Assembly: GCA_965246885.1 (NCBI GenBank) | Contig: OZ251992.1 | Coordinates: 32,001 to 96,000 of the forward strand | Reading direction: 5' to 3' | DNA: 64,000 bases | Source: Abditibacterium sp. | GTDB lineage: Bacteria > Armatimonadota > Abditibacteriia > Abditibacteriales > Abditibacteriaceae | Shown: piece after piece, positions 37,331 to 46,841 of the stretch | Position numbering within the stretch: the first letter of the stretch is position 1 | How the letters are laid out: every line of letters begins with the position of its first letter | Translations under genes and position numbers: made by a program | The notes under the pieces: model-generated | What the model was told of the DNA's origin: nothing | Databases searched by the model: none | The model's input: only the letters and a program-made list of their open reading frames with translations

Positions 37331-40081
37331 ATGAGTTCCACTCCCACCGAAATGGCGCCGCAGTTTGACCCGCATCCCGTCGAGGCGCGTTGGGGCGCGT
37401 TCTGGATTGAGAATGGCGTTGGGCGCGCGTCGGGCGACCCGGCACAGGCCAAGCCGTTTGTCCTCACCATTCCCCCGCCCAACGTCACGGGCGTTTTGCA
37501 CTTGGGGCACGCGCTTCAGCACTCCATTCACGACTGCCTCCTGCGCTACCATCGCATGAAGGGCGACGCGGCGCTGTGCGTGCCGGGGACGGATCATGCG
37601 GGCATTGCGACGCAGATAAAGGTCGAGCAACTGCTGCGGAGTGAGGGCACGTCGCGCGAAGAGTTGGGGCGCGAGGACTTTTTAGAACGCGTGTGGGAGT
37701 GGAAGGAGCGCTACGGCGCGACCATCATCGAGCAGATGCACGCGCTCGGCTGCTCCTACGACTGGGAGCGCGAACGCTTCACGATGGACGAGGGCTACGT
37801 CAAAGCCGTCCTGACGGTCTTCAAGTCGTGGTTCGACCGGGGGCTGATCTATCGCGGGTACCGCTTGGTGAACTGGTCGAGCGGCGCCAAGACAACCGTC
37901 TCGGACTTGGAAATCGAAGCGCGCGAGGTGAGCGGCTCGCTGACGTATATCCGCTACCCCGTTGAAACCTCCCCCGGCCCCTCCTCCGAGAGGAGGGGAG
38001 AAGCTGCCGAGTTCATCACCGTCGCCACGACGCGGCCCGAAACGATGCTGGGCGATACGGCGGTCGCGGTGCATCCCGACGACGCGCGGTATGCGCACCT
38101 GCGCGGGAAGAACGTGGTGTTGCCGCTGATGAACCGCGCCATTCCGGTCGTGTTTGATGAGTCCGTCTCGATGGAGTTCGGCACGGGCGCGGTGAAGATA
38201 ACGCCCGCGCACGATCCGAGCGACTATGAGATGGGCACGCGGCACGGGCTGGAAATGATCTCGGTCATTGGCTTCGACAACCTCATCACCGACGCGGGCG
38301 GCGCGTATGCCGGGATGGACAAAACCGACGCGCGCAAGCGCATCATCGCGGATTTGAAGGCGCTGGGATTGCTCGAAAAGGTGGAGCCAATCACGCACAC
38401 CGTCCCGCACTGCGCGCGCACGGGCGTGGTGATTGAGCCGCTTTTGTCCGAGCAGTGGTTCGTGGCGATGAAGGAATTAGCCCGCCCCGTCGCCGACGCC
38501 ATCCGCATGAATCGCGTGCGCTACCACGCGCCGCGTTTTGCGCAAACGAGCTTGGAGTGGTTAGATGGCATCCGCGACTGGTGCATTTCGCGGCAACTGT
38601 GGTGGGGTCACCGCATCCCCATCTACTACGGGCCAAACGGCGAAGTGGAGTGCTCGATTGAACCCATCGAGCGCGAGGGCTGGCACCAAGACGGCGACGT
38701 GTTGGATACATGGTTTTCGAGCGCCTTATGGCCCTTCGCGGTGTTGGGCTGGCCCGACGCCTTGGAGCGCGCGTGGTATCCCACGTCGGTTCTGATCACG
38801 GGCCGCGACATCCTCAACCTGTGGGTGTCGCGCATGATTACCACGAGCTTGGACTTTGTGGACGGCCAAGTGCCGTTTCACGATGTCCTCGTGCATCCCA
38901 CCATTCAGGACTCCTTCGGGCAACGGATGAGCAAATCGCTCGGCACGGGCATTGACCCGCTCGAACTGATAGACATCTACGGCGCCGACGCCACACGCTA
39001 CGGCTTGTTGCAACTCGCGGGCGGCGCGCAGGACACGCGGTTTTTGGATGGCGCCATGACCAAGCTGGGCGAAACGGCGGTCAAGCGGTGGATAAAGGAG
39101 CATCGCGGCGAAGCCCTCCCGCTCGAATGGAGCGACGCCGACGGCAAGCCGACCGAGCGCTTCCCGCAAATGCAAGCGGCGCGCAACTTCGCCAACAAAA
39201 TCTGGAATGCCGCGCGCTTAGTGCTGAGCGCGCAGGTTGACCAGTGGAATGGGGAACTGCCGCAAGACCTGCCCTCGCGTTGGATTGCCAAACAACTCAA
39301 CGAAACAATCGTCAAAGTCACCGACTCGCTGGACGCCTACGCCTTCGACGCCGCGTGCCGCACGCTCTACGAGTTCATCTGGGGGGACTTTTGCGATTGG
39401 TTCTTGGAAACGAGCAAGCCCCAACTGCGCGAAGGCGACGCGCAACATATCGCGTTTATGGCGCACGTTCTCGAAGTCTCGCTGCGCTTGCTGCATCCGT
39501 TCATGCCGTTTCTGAGCGAGGAGATTTGGAGCCGCGTTACGGGGCGAGAGGGCGTGTGCCTTGCCGCGTGGCCCCAAGCGTACCCTTACCAATCGCCCGG
39601 ATTCGAGTCGGACTTCTTTCTCATTCAAGATGTCACACGCGCGGCGCGTAGCCTTCGCACGCAAGCGCAAATCCCGCCTTCCAAAAAGGTCGCCATGACC
39701 GTCCAAACTCACGGGACGGACGGCTGCATGGGGAACCTGCTGACCAACGGCTATCTCGTCGCGCAACTGGCCAACGTGGAACCGCTTGCAATTCAACGGT
39801 TCGGCACCGAGCGTCCCGCCAATGCCATCGCCGAAGAAAACGAACTCTTCGCCGTTGTTCTGCCGCTCGAAGGCCTGATAGACGTGGCCAAGGAGCGCGC
39901 CAAATTAGAGCGTCAACTGGAAGCGGCGCAAAAGGACGAGGCCAAAGTTGCGGGCAAACTGGCCAACCCCAACTTCGCCGCCAACGCGCCTGCCGAAGTC
40001 GTGGCCAAAGACACCGCGCGCGTGGCCGAACTGCGCGGCCAAATCGAGGTATTGACCGCGCGCTTGGCGGCGCTTTCCTAA
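37331..40081 (+). CDS. valS: Valine--tRNA ligase
   Basis: PPPNVTG.LHLGH, DHAGIATQ, TTRPET, DWCISRQLWWGHRIP, RMSKS, C-terminal coiled coil. Confidence 0.98.
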   Translation: MSSTPTEMAPQFDPHPVEARWGAFWIENGVGRASGDPAQAKPFVLTIPPPNVTGVLHLGHALQHSIHDCLLRYHRMKGDAALCVPGTDHAGIATQIKVEQLLRSEGTSREELGREDFLERVWEWKERYGATIIEQMHALGCSYDWERERFTMDEGYVKAVLTVFKSWFDRGLIYRGYRLVNWSSGAKTTVSDLEIEAREVSGSLTYIRYPVETSPGPSSERRGEAAEFITVATTRPETMLGDTAVAVHPDDARYAHLRGKNVVLPLMNRAIPVVFDESVSMEFGTGAVKITPAHDPSDYEMGTRHGLEMISVIGFDNLITDAGGAYAGMDKTDARKRIIADLKALGLLEKVEPITHTVPHCARTGVVIEPLLSEQWFVAMKELARPVADAIRMNRVRYHAPRFAQTSLEWLDGIRDWCISRQLWWGHRIPIYYGPNGEVECSIEPIEREGWHQDGDVLDTWFSSALWPFAVLGWPDALERAWYPTSVLITGRDILNLWVSRMITTSLDFVDGQVPFHDVLVHPTIQDSFGQRMSKSLGTGIDPLELIDIYGADATRYGLLQLAGGAQDTRFLDGAMTKLGETAVKRWIKEHRGEALPLEWSDADGKPTERFPQMQAARNFANKIWNAARLVLSAQVDQWNGELPQDLPSRWIAKQLNETIVKVTDSLDAYAFDAACRTLYEFIWGDFCDWFLETSKPQLREGDAQHIAFMAHVLEVSLRLLHPFMPFLSEEIWSRVTGREGVCLAAWPQAYPYQSPGFESDFFLIQDVTRAARSLRTQAQIPPSKKVAMTVQTHGTDGCMGNLLTNGYLVAQLANVEPLAIQRFGTERPANAIAEENELFAVVLPLEGLIDVAKERAKLERQLEAAQKDEAKVAGKLANPNFAANAPAEVVAKDTARVAELRGQIEVLTARLAALS
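37967..38000 (+). repeat. Short palindromic element inserted in frame in valS
   Basis: acctcccccggCCCCTCCT-ccgag-AGGAGGGGag encodes TSPGPSSERRGE in a normally short loop. Confidence 0.7.
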
Positions 40082-41073
40082 GCATCCAGCGTGGCAAGCA
40101 TCTCGCGCGTCAGCGCAAACCCGCGCGGTTTGCCGTCTGCAAACGCCGCCAAGTCGTCGGCCAAGTAACGCAGGATGCGCACAACAGAGGGCGCGATGCC
40201 GCCCGCGCGGTGTGGCGAAAGCAGCACGTTCGGCAACGCGCGAAACGGTGAATCGCGCGGGAGCGGCTCTTGGTCGAAGACATCGAGCGCCGCGAACAAG
40301 TCGCCGCGACACAAGCGAGCGAGTAGCGCCGCCGAATCTACCAAAGAAGCGCGCGCCACGTTGATCAGCACCGCGTCGCGGGGCATTGCTTCGAGGTGCG
40401 CGCGGCCCAGCAAGTGCGCGCTGCCCTCGTTGGCCGCCGCGCACAGGACGAGGACATCGGACTCGCGCACCAACTCCTCCAAGCCGACCAAGCGCGCCCC
40501 CAACTGCGCGGCGCGGGCGGGCGGCAGGAACGGGTCGTAAGCGCAAAGTCGCGTATGGAACGGCGCTAACAGTTCGGCCAAGCGCCCGCCGACGCCGCCC
40601 AAGCCGACAATCCCCACGCGCAACCCCGTCAGTTCGCGCTCATAAAGCGGGATGTCGCCGGGGAAGTCCGCCACCCACGCTTCCGCCGCGTTCCACATGG
40701 CGGCGTGGTAGTTCGAGGTGCGGCGCAGACTCGCCAGAATGAGCGCGAGCGCCATTTCCGCGACGGCGGGCGAAAAGCCGCGCCGCCCGACCGAAACGGC
40801 AATGTCGCGGTCAAGCAACGTCCTCGCAAAAGGCTGCGTGATGTCTATGTGCCCGCAAAAGCGCAAGCGCGGCGCCGCGTCGAGCATGGCGGGCGAGAAC
40901 ATCGGCCACGACCACATCAGGAGGGCATCCTTGTCGCGCAGAAGCGGCGCGATCTCTTCGGGAGTGTCGCACGACGCCCGCTCGATGTGGGCGAAGGTGC
41001 CCAATTCGCACCAAAAGTCGGCGAGTGGCGCCCAACTGAAGAACGTTGGCGGCAAGTTGACGAGCAGATTCAT
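40078..41073 (-). CDS. D-2-hydroxyacid dehydrogenase family protein
   Basis: VGIVGLGGVG, YDP, LINVAR, LDVFDQEP, SPHRAG. Confidence 0.9.
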   Translation of the reverse strand: MNLLVNLPPTFFSWAPLADFWCELGTFAHIERASCDTPEEIAPLLRDKDALLMWSWPMFSPAMLDAAPRLRFCGHIDITQPFARTLLDRDIAVSVGRRGFSPAVAEMALALILASLRRTSNYHAAMWNAAEAWVADFPGDIPLYERELTGLRVGIVGLGGVGGRLAELLAPFHTRLCAYDPFLPPARAAQLGARLVGLEELVRESDVLVLCAAANEGSAHLLGRAHLEAMPRDAVLINVARASLVDSAALLARLCRGDLFAALDVFDQEPLPRDSPFRALPNVLLSPHRAGGIAPSVVRILRYLADDLAAFADGKPRGFALTREMLATLDA

Positions 41074-41094
41074 GGGATTGGGCGCGGGGCGCGG

Positions 41095-43488
41095 CTATTT
41101 CACCTCGATATCGAACTCGACCACGCGCTTTAGCCCTTGCGCGTCCTCGACGGCGAGGGTCAGGCGCGCTTTGCCGGTTTGTCCGGGCGCGGGAGACAGC
41201 GAGATTTGGCGGGTGCAGGGCAGTCCCCACCGCTCGAAGTGGCCGCTCTCGACCTTGATGCTCGCGGCGGGGAACAAAGTGGGGTTGTCGGACGTGGCGC
41301 TTACGCGCAGCGCGTCCGGCGGGGTGCTGTCGTCGGCGACGTTAAAACTGCTCTTCCAGAGTTCCCCGACTTTGAGGTGTTCGCCATAGGACGTGAAGTC
41401 AGTGGTGGGCAGGGCGTTGGCGATGCCGCTCCCGTCGGCGTTCGTGATTTTAAGCGAGTTGAGGTTGTAGGGCCGCTCGTCGGGCACGGTGAGAGTGAGG
41501 GTGTTCAAACCCGCCGCGAGCGCAAGCAGGGCGGGCGCGGAATCGGCGAAAGTGTTCTCGTTGGCGGTTGCGGGCACGTTCACAGTCTGAAGCGGCCCGT
41601 CGTTGACGGAAAACCCGATGGTTTTCGGCGCGTTCTTGAGCGTCGCGGCGCTGATTTGCAGCCGATAATTCCCGGCGCGCGGCGCGCGCAGCAGGTAATC
41701 GAGTTGCGCGCCTTTCGAGAAGTAACCGAGGAAAGCCACGCGCTCCAAAGGCTTTGGGCGTCCGGGATAGATGCGGGCGTCCACCTCGCCGGGCACGGCT
41801 TGGCCGATGGCAAGCGGGGCGCGCGGCATTTGGCGGGCGGCGTCGAAGCCCAGTTCCTTGGGCTGCGCCAAGTCGCGCAGGTTGTCGGTGATGCTCCATG
41901 TGCCGTAGGGCGACTCGAACTTGCCCGCGCCAATGACGAACCAGTTGAATTGGTCGCCGCCTTTGGAACTCCACATTCGCAGATAATCCACCATGATGTC
42001 CTTCATGCGTGGGTCGAGCGAGGCGGCTTTCTTGGCGGCGATGTTGTTCGCGCCAAAAGTGTCGGGGCCGCCCTCGTAAGCCGCCATTTTTAAGCCGTAT
42101 TTGGTGGCGAGGGTGGCGATTTCGTCCAACGTGGTGCCGGTTTTGTAGTGGTCCACCGAGGCTTGCAGCGCGTTCAACACGTCGTCTTTGCGCAGGTCTG
42201 TGCGCGCGTCGGCGCCTTGGCCGTTGCCGCACGCGAAGTAGGGCGCGACCGCGAGCGCGGCAAAGTAGCTGCTCGGCGGGCCGTAGTTCTTGCGAATATA
42301 GGCCAACTGGTTGGCGAAACGGTAGGGCACCAACTGATACGCCAAAACGGGCTTGACGCGCGCCCCAAACGAGCCGGGGCCAAACGCCCGGACGAACATC
42401 TGACCGACTTCGAGTGCCCGTCGCGCGTAGCGGCGGTCGCCCACCGTAACATCGCCTTTGTCGCCGTCGTAAGCGAGGTTTGAGTTGCCCTGCCCTTTAA
42501 CTTCCTCGACCGCCGCGTCGCGGTTCATTCCCGCTTGCAAGAAGCTGTCGTTCCACACCTCGTTCGAGTATTCGACCCACACCCGGAGACCCGGCTTAAG
42601 CTGCGCTTTCACGAGGGCCGCGAGGTGTTGAACGTAATCATCGGATGCCATGACCGGCACGTTGAGCCAGAGGTCGCAGTTCGTTTGGTTGGCGAGGGCG
42701 ACGCAGTATTCCCAGCAGATGCCCTTTTGGTTCTCGAAAAGGTGCGGTTCCTTGTCCCAGTTGACCTTGATCCGTTGGGAGATGCGCGCGGTCTGCGTGG
42801 CGTCGGTGGGGAGGGAGCGATCCGCCCACTCGCGTTCGAGGTTGCCGTTGGTGGCGTGCCAGTCCATGAAACGCAGCACGTTCGGGCGGCGCGCTTTGAT
42901 GAGCGCGAGATACTCTTCCGAGAAAAGCGGCGGATGGAGCGCGTCGTAGCCGGGGCGAATGACGCGCAGTTGCTTGACCTGCCCTTGCGTCGCGTGAAAA
43001 TCGAGGCGAAAGAACGTCACGCCATCGGGCACGACAACCTCGTAGCTGTTGGTGCCCGTCGCGGCGTCGAAAGAAGGTTTCCCAACGGTGCTGGAACTGC
43101 CGAACACCGTCAGTCGCGTCGTTCTTGGCCCAACGAACGAGACGTGGTATACACCGGGCGTAATGGCTGCCCCGTTGTCGGACAGAATGACGAAGAAATC
43201 CTCCGTCGGCCAGCCGCTTCCGTCGGTTTTGGGCGCTGGCTCGCCCGAAGCGAAAGTCTGAAAGCCGCGCGTGGTCTTCACCATGTCGGCGAAGGCTTCG
43301 TCGCGCACCCAATCAATCTCGCCGTTGAGTCCGGCGCCCAGTGGAAGGGTCGGTGCCCCTGCCAACTGGGGCGCCGCCGTGAGCTTGGGCGCCGCGTGAG
43401 CGCATCCGGCGCCCAGAGGCAGGAGCCACAGGGACAACACGAGCAACCGGAACGACGCGGTGCGTCGTAGTTTAAAAGGTGTGGGCAT
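41095..43488 (-). CDS. Secreted clan GH-A-like glycoside hydrolase with CBM6/35-like and Ig-like C-terminal modules
   Basis: Signal or lipobox LGAGC; LRFMDW..TN, DLWLNVP, VEYSNEVWN (acid/base-like), AYEGG (nucleophile-like). Confidence 0.62.
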   Translation of the reverse strand: MPTPFKLRRTASFRLLVLSLWLLPLGAGCAHAAPKLTAAPQLAGAPTLPLGAGLNGEIDWVRDEAFADMVKTTRGFQTFASGEPAPKTDGSGWPTEDFFVILSDNGAAITPGVYHVSFVGPRTTRLTVFGSSSTVGKPSFDAATGTNSYEVVVPDGVTFFRLDFHATQGQVKQLRVIRPGYDALHPPLFSEEYLALIKARRPNVLRFMDWHATNGNLEREWADRSLPTDATQTARISQRIKVNWDKEPHLFENQKGICWEYCVALANQTNCDLWLNVPVMASDDYVQHLAALVKAQLKPGLRVWVEYSNEVWNDSFLQAGMNRDAAVEEVKGQGNSNLAYDGDKGDVTVGDRRYARRALEVGQMFVRAFGPGSFGARVKPVLAYQLVPYRFANQLAYIRKNYGPPSSYFAALAVAPYFACGNGQGADARTDLRKDDVLNALQASVDHYKTGTTLDEIATLATKYGLKMAAYEGGPDTFGANNIAAKKAASLDPRMKDIMVDYLRMWSSKGGDQFNWFVIGAGKFESPYGTWSITDNLRDLAQPKELGFDAARQMPRAPLAIGQAVPGEVDARIYPGRPKPLERVAFLGYFSKGAQLDYLLRAPRAGNYRLQISAATLKNAPKTIGFSVNDGPLQTVNVPATANENTFADSAPALLALAAGLNTLTLTVPDERPYNLNSLKITNADGSGIANALPTTDFTSYGEHLKVGELWKSSFNVADDSTPPDALRVSATSDNPTLFPAASIKVESGHFERWGLPCTRQISLSPAPGQTGKARLTLAVEDAQGLKRVVEFDIEVK

Positions 43489-43532
43489 GAGAGGGGGGAA
43501 AGAAACTTCGTCGAAGGCGTGTGTCACAAACA

Positions 43533-43562
43533 AACAGCCCGCAACACGTGTTGCGGGCTGTT
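43533..43562 (-). terminator. Stem-loop between pilin-like gene and downstream hydrolase
   Basis: Perfect 30-bp palindrome aacagcccgcaacacgtgttgcgggctgtt. Confidence 0.75.
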
Positions 43563-43573
43563 GGAAACGGGAC

Positions 43574-44344
43574 TTAGTTCATGCCCTGTTGCAGCACGCC
43601 CAAGCGGTCGAGCAACGGTTGCGGCGCGGAGCCGGAAGCGGTGTTTCCAAACGCTGTGGTGTTGGATATATTCCACAAGTTGAGCGGCGTGCCGGTGGCA
43701 AGAGGTTTGAGCGCCTTGACGTGGCCATCGGCGAACAAGTAGTTGCTGGTGCCTAAGTGGTTTTGCAAACGCAGGCTGGCGACATCAGTTACACCCTCAC
43801 CTTGGTTGGCGTAGTCGCTAACGCTGTTGGTCTCGTAGACCATGATAGTTGTCGCGGAGTTATTTAGCTCAGATAATGCGCATAAATACTCTGAGGTCGC
43901 ATAGTAACCACCAAAGATGAGCTTGCCTCCATAAGAGTTAGTCGCGTCGTGTTCGGTGTTGTACTCGCCGGAGACGACTTGGTAAGAAACGGGAATGGTG
44001 TTGTTCGTGTTTCTCATAAAGTCGTTGGAACTGTTCGATGGGCACTTGAACAATTGTGTGCTTTTGACGTAAGGTTGAATTACGAACGCCCAAGCCGCAT
44101 CTTTGGTGGGGGTGATGGGAATGGCGATCTTCGGGAACCGCTCGTCGTAGTCCTGCGTGTATTGCATGATGCCCAAGCCGATTTGCTTGAGATTGCTTTG
44201 GCAGGAGGCGCGGCGCGCATTTTCGCGGGCGCGGGCGAAAGCGGGGAACAAGATAGCTGCCAAAATTGCGATAATGGCGATAACTACGAGCAATTCTATG
44301 AGCGTGAACGCGAAGCGGCGGCTCTGGTTTGTGTGGAAACGCAT
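43574..44344 (-). CDS. DUF1559 prepilin-type protein with H-X9-DG motif
   Basis: [38 protein letters not shown]. Confidence 0.92.
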   Translation of the reverse strand: MRFHTNQSRRFAFTLIELLVVIAIIAILAAILFPAFARARENARRASCQSNLKQIGLGIMQYTQDYDERFPKIAIPITPTKDAAWAFVIQPYVKSTQLFKCPSNSSNDFMRNTNNTIPVSYQVVSGEYNTEHDATNSYGGKLIFGGYYATSEYLCALSELNNSATTIMVYETNSVSDYANQGEGVTDVASLRLQNHLGTSNYLFADGHVKALKPLATGTPLNLWNISNTTAFGNTASGSAPQPLLDRLGVLQQGMN

Positions 44345-44380
44345 GGTGGTTTGATGGAAGTGACTCCTGGAAGGAGCCGG

Positions 44381-45529
44381 TTAAGCTTCTCGCACCTGCG
44401 GTGCGAGAAGGACGTGTGAGACGGCGACAGGCTCGCCGGAAAGCGCGGTTTCGACCGACTCGAACAGCGAGTCCACGAGCGCGCCGGGGTCAATTTGTAA
44501 GGCCACAAACTCTTCTTCGTGGCCCAAAAGCGCGGGCGAACCCGCGTTGCAGTGCGAGGCGAGCAACACATCGGCGGGCCGCTCGCATCCGGCCTTCAGG
44601 CCGAGTTTGTGCCATGCCGACAGCGCGCCGCGCGTCATCAAGTCGTCCACGACCAGCACAGCGTCGGGCGGATTGGGCGCGCCGAACACTTCGAGCGCCA
44701 AACGGTAGCCCTGCTCCTGATGCGACTCGCGCTCGAAATCGCCGGGGGCTTTCAAGCGGCGGTTCAGGTCGTGGACAAGCGACGCCTCGAACTCTAAACC
44801 GTGCGCCCGCACACAAGTGGCGAAGGTCGTTTCGTGGGCATCGCGCTCGGCATTGGCTTCGTCCGGGGCAATGTAAAGCGGGCGATACGGCGTGACGGGC
44901 CGCCACATCGCTATGCGCCGCGCGCCGCGCCGCGCCAACTCCGCGACTCCCAAAGACAGCATGGCGTCCAAGTCAATCCCGACCGTGACGCGCCCCATGC
45001 CCGCGAAGGACACAAAGACGGCGCCTTGGCTTTCCAGACTTCGGACGGCGGCAGGGCCAAGACCGACGCCGATCACGCCGTCTATTCGTCCGCGCTCGAT
45101 GTCGAGCAACAGCGCCGCATCGAGTGGCGCGTTGACATCTTCGGGCGCGAACTGCAAACGCAACTCTTCGCCATGCTCCGCCGCGCGCCCTTTGGCCGCT
45201 TCGAGCAGCAAATCCCAGAACGGCGACGTGCCCGCCCCGCGAAAGTGCGCCGGATGGCACACCAACGCGAGGGTGCGCGTCGTTTTAGCGACGAACAAAC
45301 CCACGCCATGCTGCCGCCGGATGATTCCATTCGCTTCCAGTTCGCCGAGCGCCGCGTTGAGCGTGGTCAGGCTCACGTTTAGCTCGTCGCGTAGCTGTGT
45401 CACGCGCGGCAACTTCGCGCCCGTCCCCAACGCCCGCGCCATTTCCGCCACGCGCGCGCACGTCTCGTGAACCCGCTTGGGTGCGCGCGGCGTCGGGGCA
45501 ACTGGCGAAGAAAGAGAAGGCTGTCTCAT
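44381..45529 (-). CDS. GntR-HTH regulator with LacI-type sugar-binding domain
   Basis: GAKLP..LRDELNVSLTTL..RQHGVGLFV; C-terminal PPDAVLVVDD. Confidence 0.88.
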   Translation of the reverse strand: MRQPSLSSPVAPTPRAPKRVHETCARVAEMARALGTGAKLPRVTQLRDELNVSLTTLNAALGELEANGIIRRQHGVGLFVAKTTRTLALVCHPAHFRGAGTSPFWDLLLEAAKGRAAEHGEELRLQFAPEDVNAPLDAALLLDIERGRIDGVIGVGLGPAAVRSLESQGAVFVSFAGMGRVTVGIDLDAMLSLGVAELARRGARRIAMWRPVTPYRPLYIAPDEANAERDAHETTFATCVRAHGLEFEASLVHDLNRRLKAPGDFERESHQEQGYRLALEVFGAPNPPDAVLVVDDLMTRGALSAWHKLGLKAGCERPADVLLASHCNAGSPALLGHEEEFVALQIDPGALVDSLFESVETALSGEPVAVSHVLLAPQVREA

Positions 45530-45553
45530 CGGAACTCTGAGCGGAACACTTCG

Positions 45554-45583
45554 ATTATACCCACTTCGCGCCCCGCTCTAACA
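45554..45583 (-). promoter_or_regulatory. Promoter of GntR/pilin locus 2: TGTTAGA-N13-TGGGTATAAT
   Basis: Perfect TATAAT plus the shared motif; upstream AAAAAAATTTT tract. Confidence 0.72.
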
Positions 45584-45722
45584 CCTTGGGAGAAAATTTT
45601 TTTGGGGCGCCCGTCGGCAGACTCCGTTTAGGCCGCGACCGCCTGCCGCCTGCCGCCAAATGCCCTTCCAGACGCGGCCAACTCCTTTCCGCCGCCATTC
45701 GCCACCATCGGCGGCACGGTGG

Positions 45723-45785
45723 CGCACCTCCGCCGCCGCGCCACAGACCTCCGCCGCCGCGCCACAGACGTCGGCCATTGCGTCG
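45723..45785. repeat. Intergenic 21-bp tandem array (2 near-identical units plus degenerate ones)
   Basis: cgcacctccgccgccgcgcca / cagacctccgccgccgcgcca / cagacgtcggccattgcgtcg. Confidence 0.75.
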
Positions 45786-45809
45786 CCGACCGCGCACACT
45801 GAGCGGCGC

Positions 45810-46431
45810 ATGAACAACACCAACTCTTCGGCGGGGGTTTCCAAGGCGCGCTTTGAAGCGTTTTCCGATGGCGTGTTCGCTATTGTGATTACGCTGCTGG
45901 TGTTGGAGTTGCGCGTGGCGGAGCATCTGTCACCCGAAGAACTCAGGCGCGCGCTTTTGGAGCAACTGCCACGACTGGGGGCGTATGTGCTCACTTTTTT
46001 GTCGGTGGGCGTCTTCTGGGTGGCGCACCACCTCATGCTGGGCGCGGCGGCGCGCGTTGGCCGCGTGCTGTTGTGGATAAACAACTTCTTTTTGATGCTC
46101 GTGGCGCTCCTTCCCTTCGCGGCGGGGGTGCTGGGGCGGCTACCCGTCTTCGCGCGAGGCGGTCGCGTTGTATGGCGGCAACATGGTGCTGGTCGAGGTG
46201 TTTCTCATTTGGATATGGGCGCACATTACGCGCCACCTCAAGCGTCCCGACACGCCGGGGTCGCTTGTCCAGTCGGGCTTTGCGCGCACTTTTGCGGGCT
46301 TGGGCATCTACGCGACGGGCGCCCTGTTAGGGATTGGAGGGCTGTCGATTGCGGGCATCGCCTTGTTCTGGGCGGCGCCATTATCGTATGTTTATTTGCA
46401 AGCGGTCGTTGACCACGCAGCGCACTCATGA
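45810..46431 (+). pseudogene. TMEM175-family (DUF1211) protein, frameshifted
   Basis: RFEAFSDGVFAIVITLLVLEL. The frame switches near 46134-46140 and continues as YPSSREAVALYGGN to the stop at 46431. Confidence 0.8.
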
Positions 46432-46841
46432 AAATCACTTTGCCCCTCCTTGTCCACGCTTTTGAGACCGATTTTGGCGGCGTGGTGTCGAACACGCGCT
46501 TTTTGGAGTGGTTCGAGCGCGGGCGCTACGCCCTGCTCCACGCGGCGGGGTTGCCCGTCGAAGCGACGTGGGCATCCGAGGGCGTCATGGCCGTCGTGCG
46601 CCGCGTCGAAGTGGATTATCTGCTTTTCGCGCGGCACGAGGACGCCTTGCTCCTGACTTCGCGCGTCGGGGAGTGGAAGGGCGCGACGGCAACCGTCGAA
46701 CACGAGATCACCCGCCCCGCCGACGGCGCGACAATCGCGCGGGCAAAGCAAACCATCGCCTTCTTGAACCGCGCATGGAAGCCCACGCGCGTGCCCGCTT
46801 CGTATCGGGAGAAACTGGGGGATAATGCAGACGGCGAATAA
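46428..46841 (+). CDS. Acyl-CoA thioesterase (YbgC/4HBT hot-dog fold)
   Basis: ETDFGGVVSNTRFLEWFERGR, VVRRVEVDY. Confidence 0.88.
   Translation: MKITLPLLVHAFETDFGGVVSNTRFLEWFERGRYALLHAAGLPVEATWASEGVMAVVRRVEVDYLLFARHEDALLLTSRVGEWKGATATVEHEITRPADGATIARAKQTIAFLNRAWKPTRVPASYREKLGDNADGE

Noticed and set aside
46131..46143. Programmed frameshift in the TMEM175 gene
   Set aside because: No canonical slippery heptamer or obvious stimulatory structure; mutation or sequencing error is more likely.
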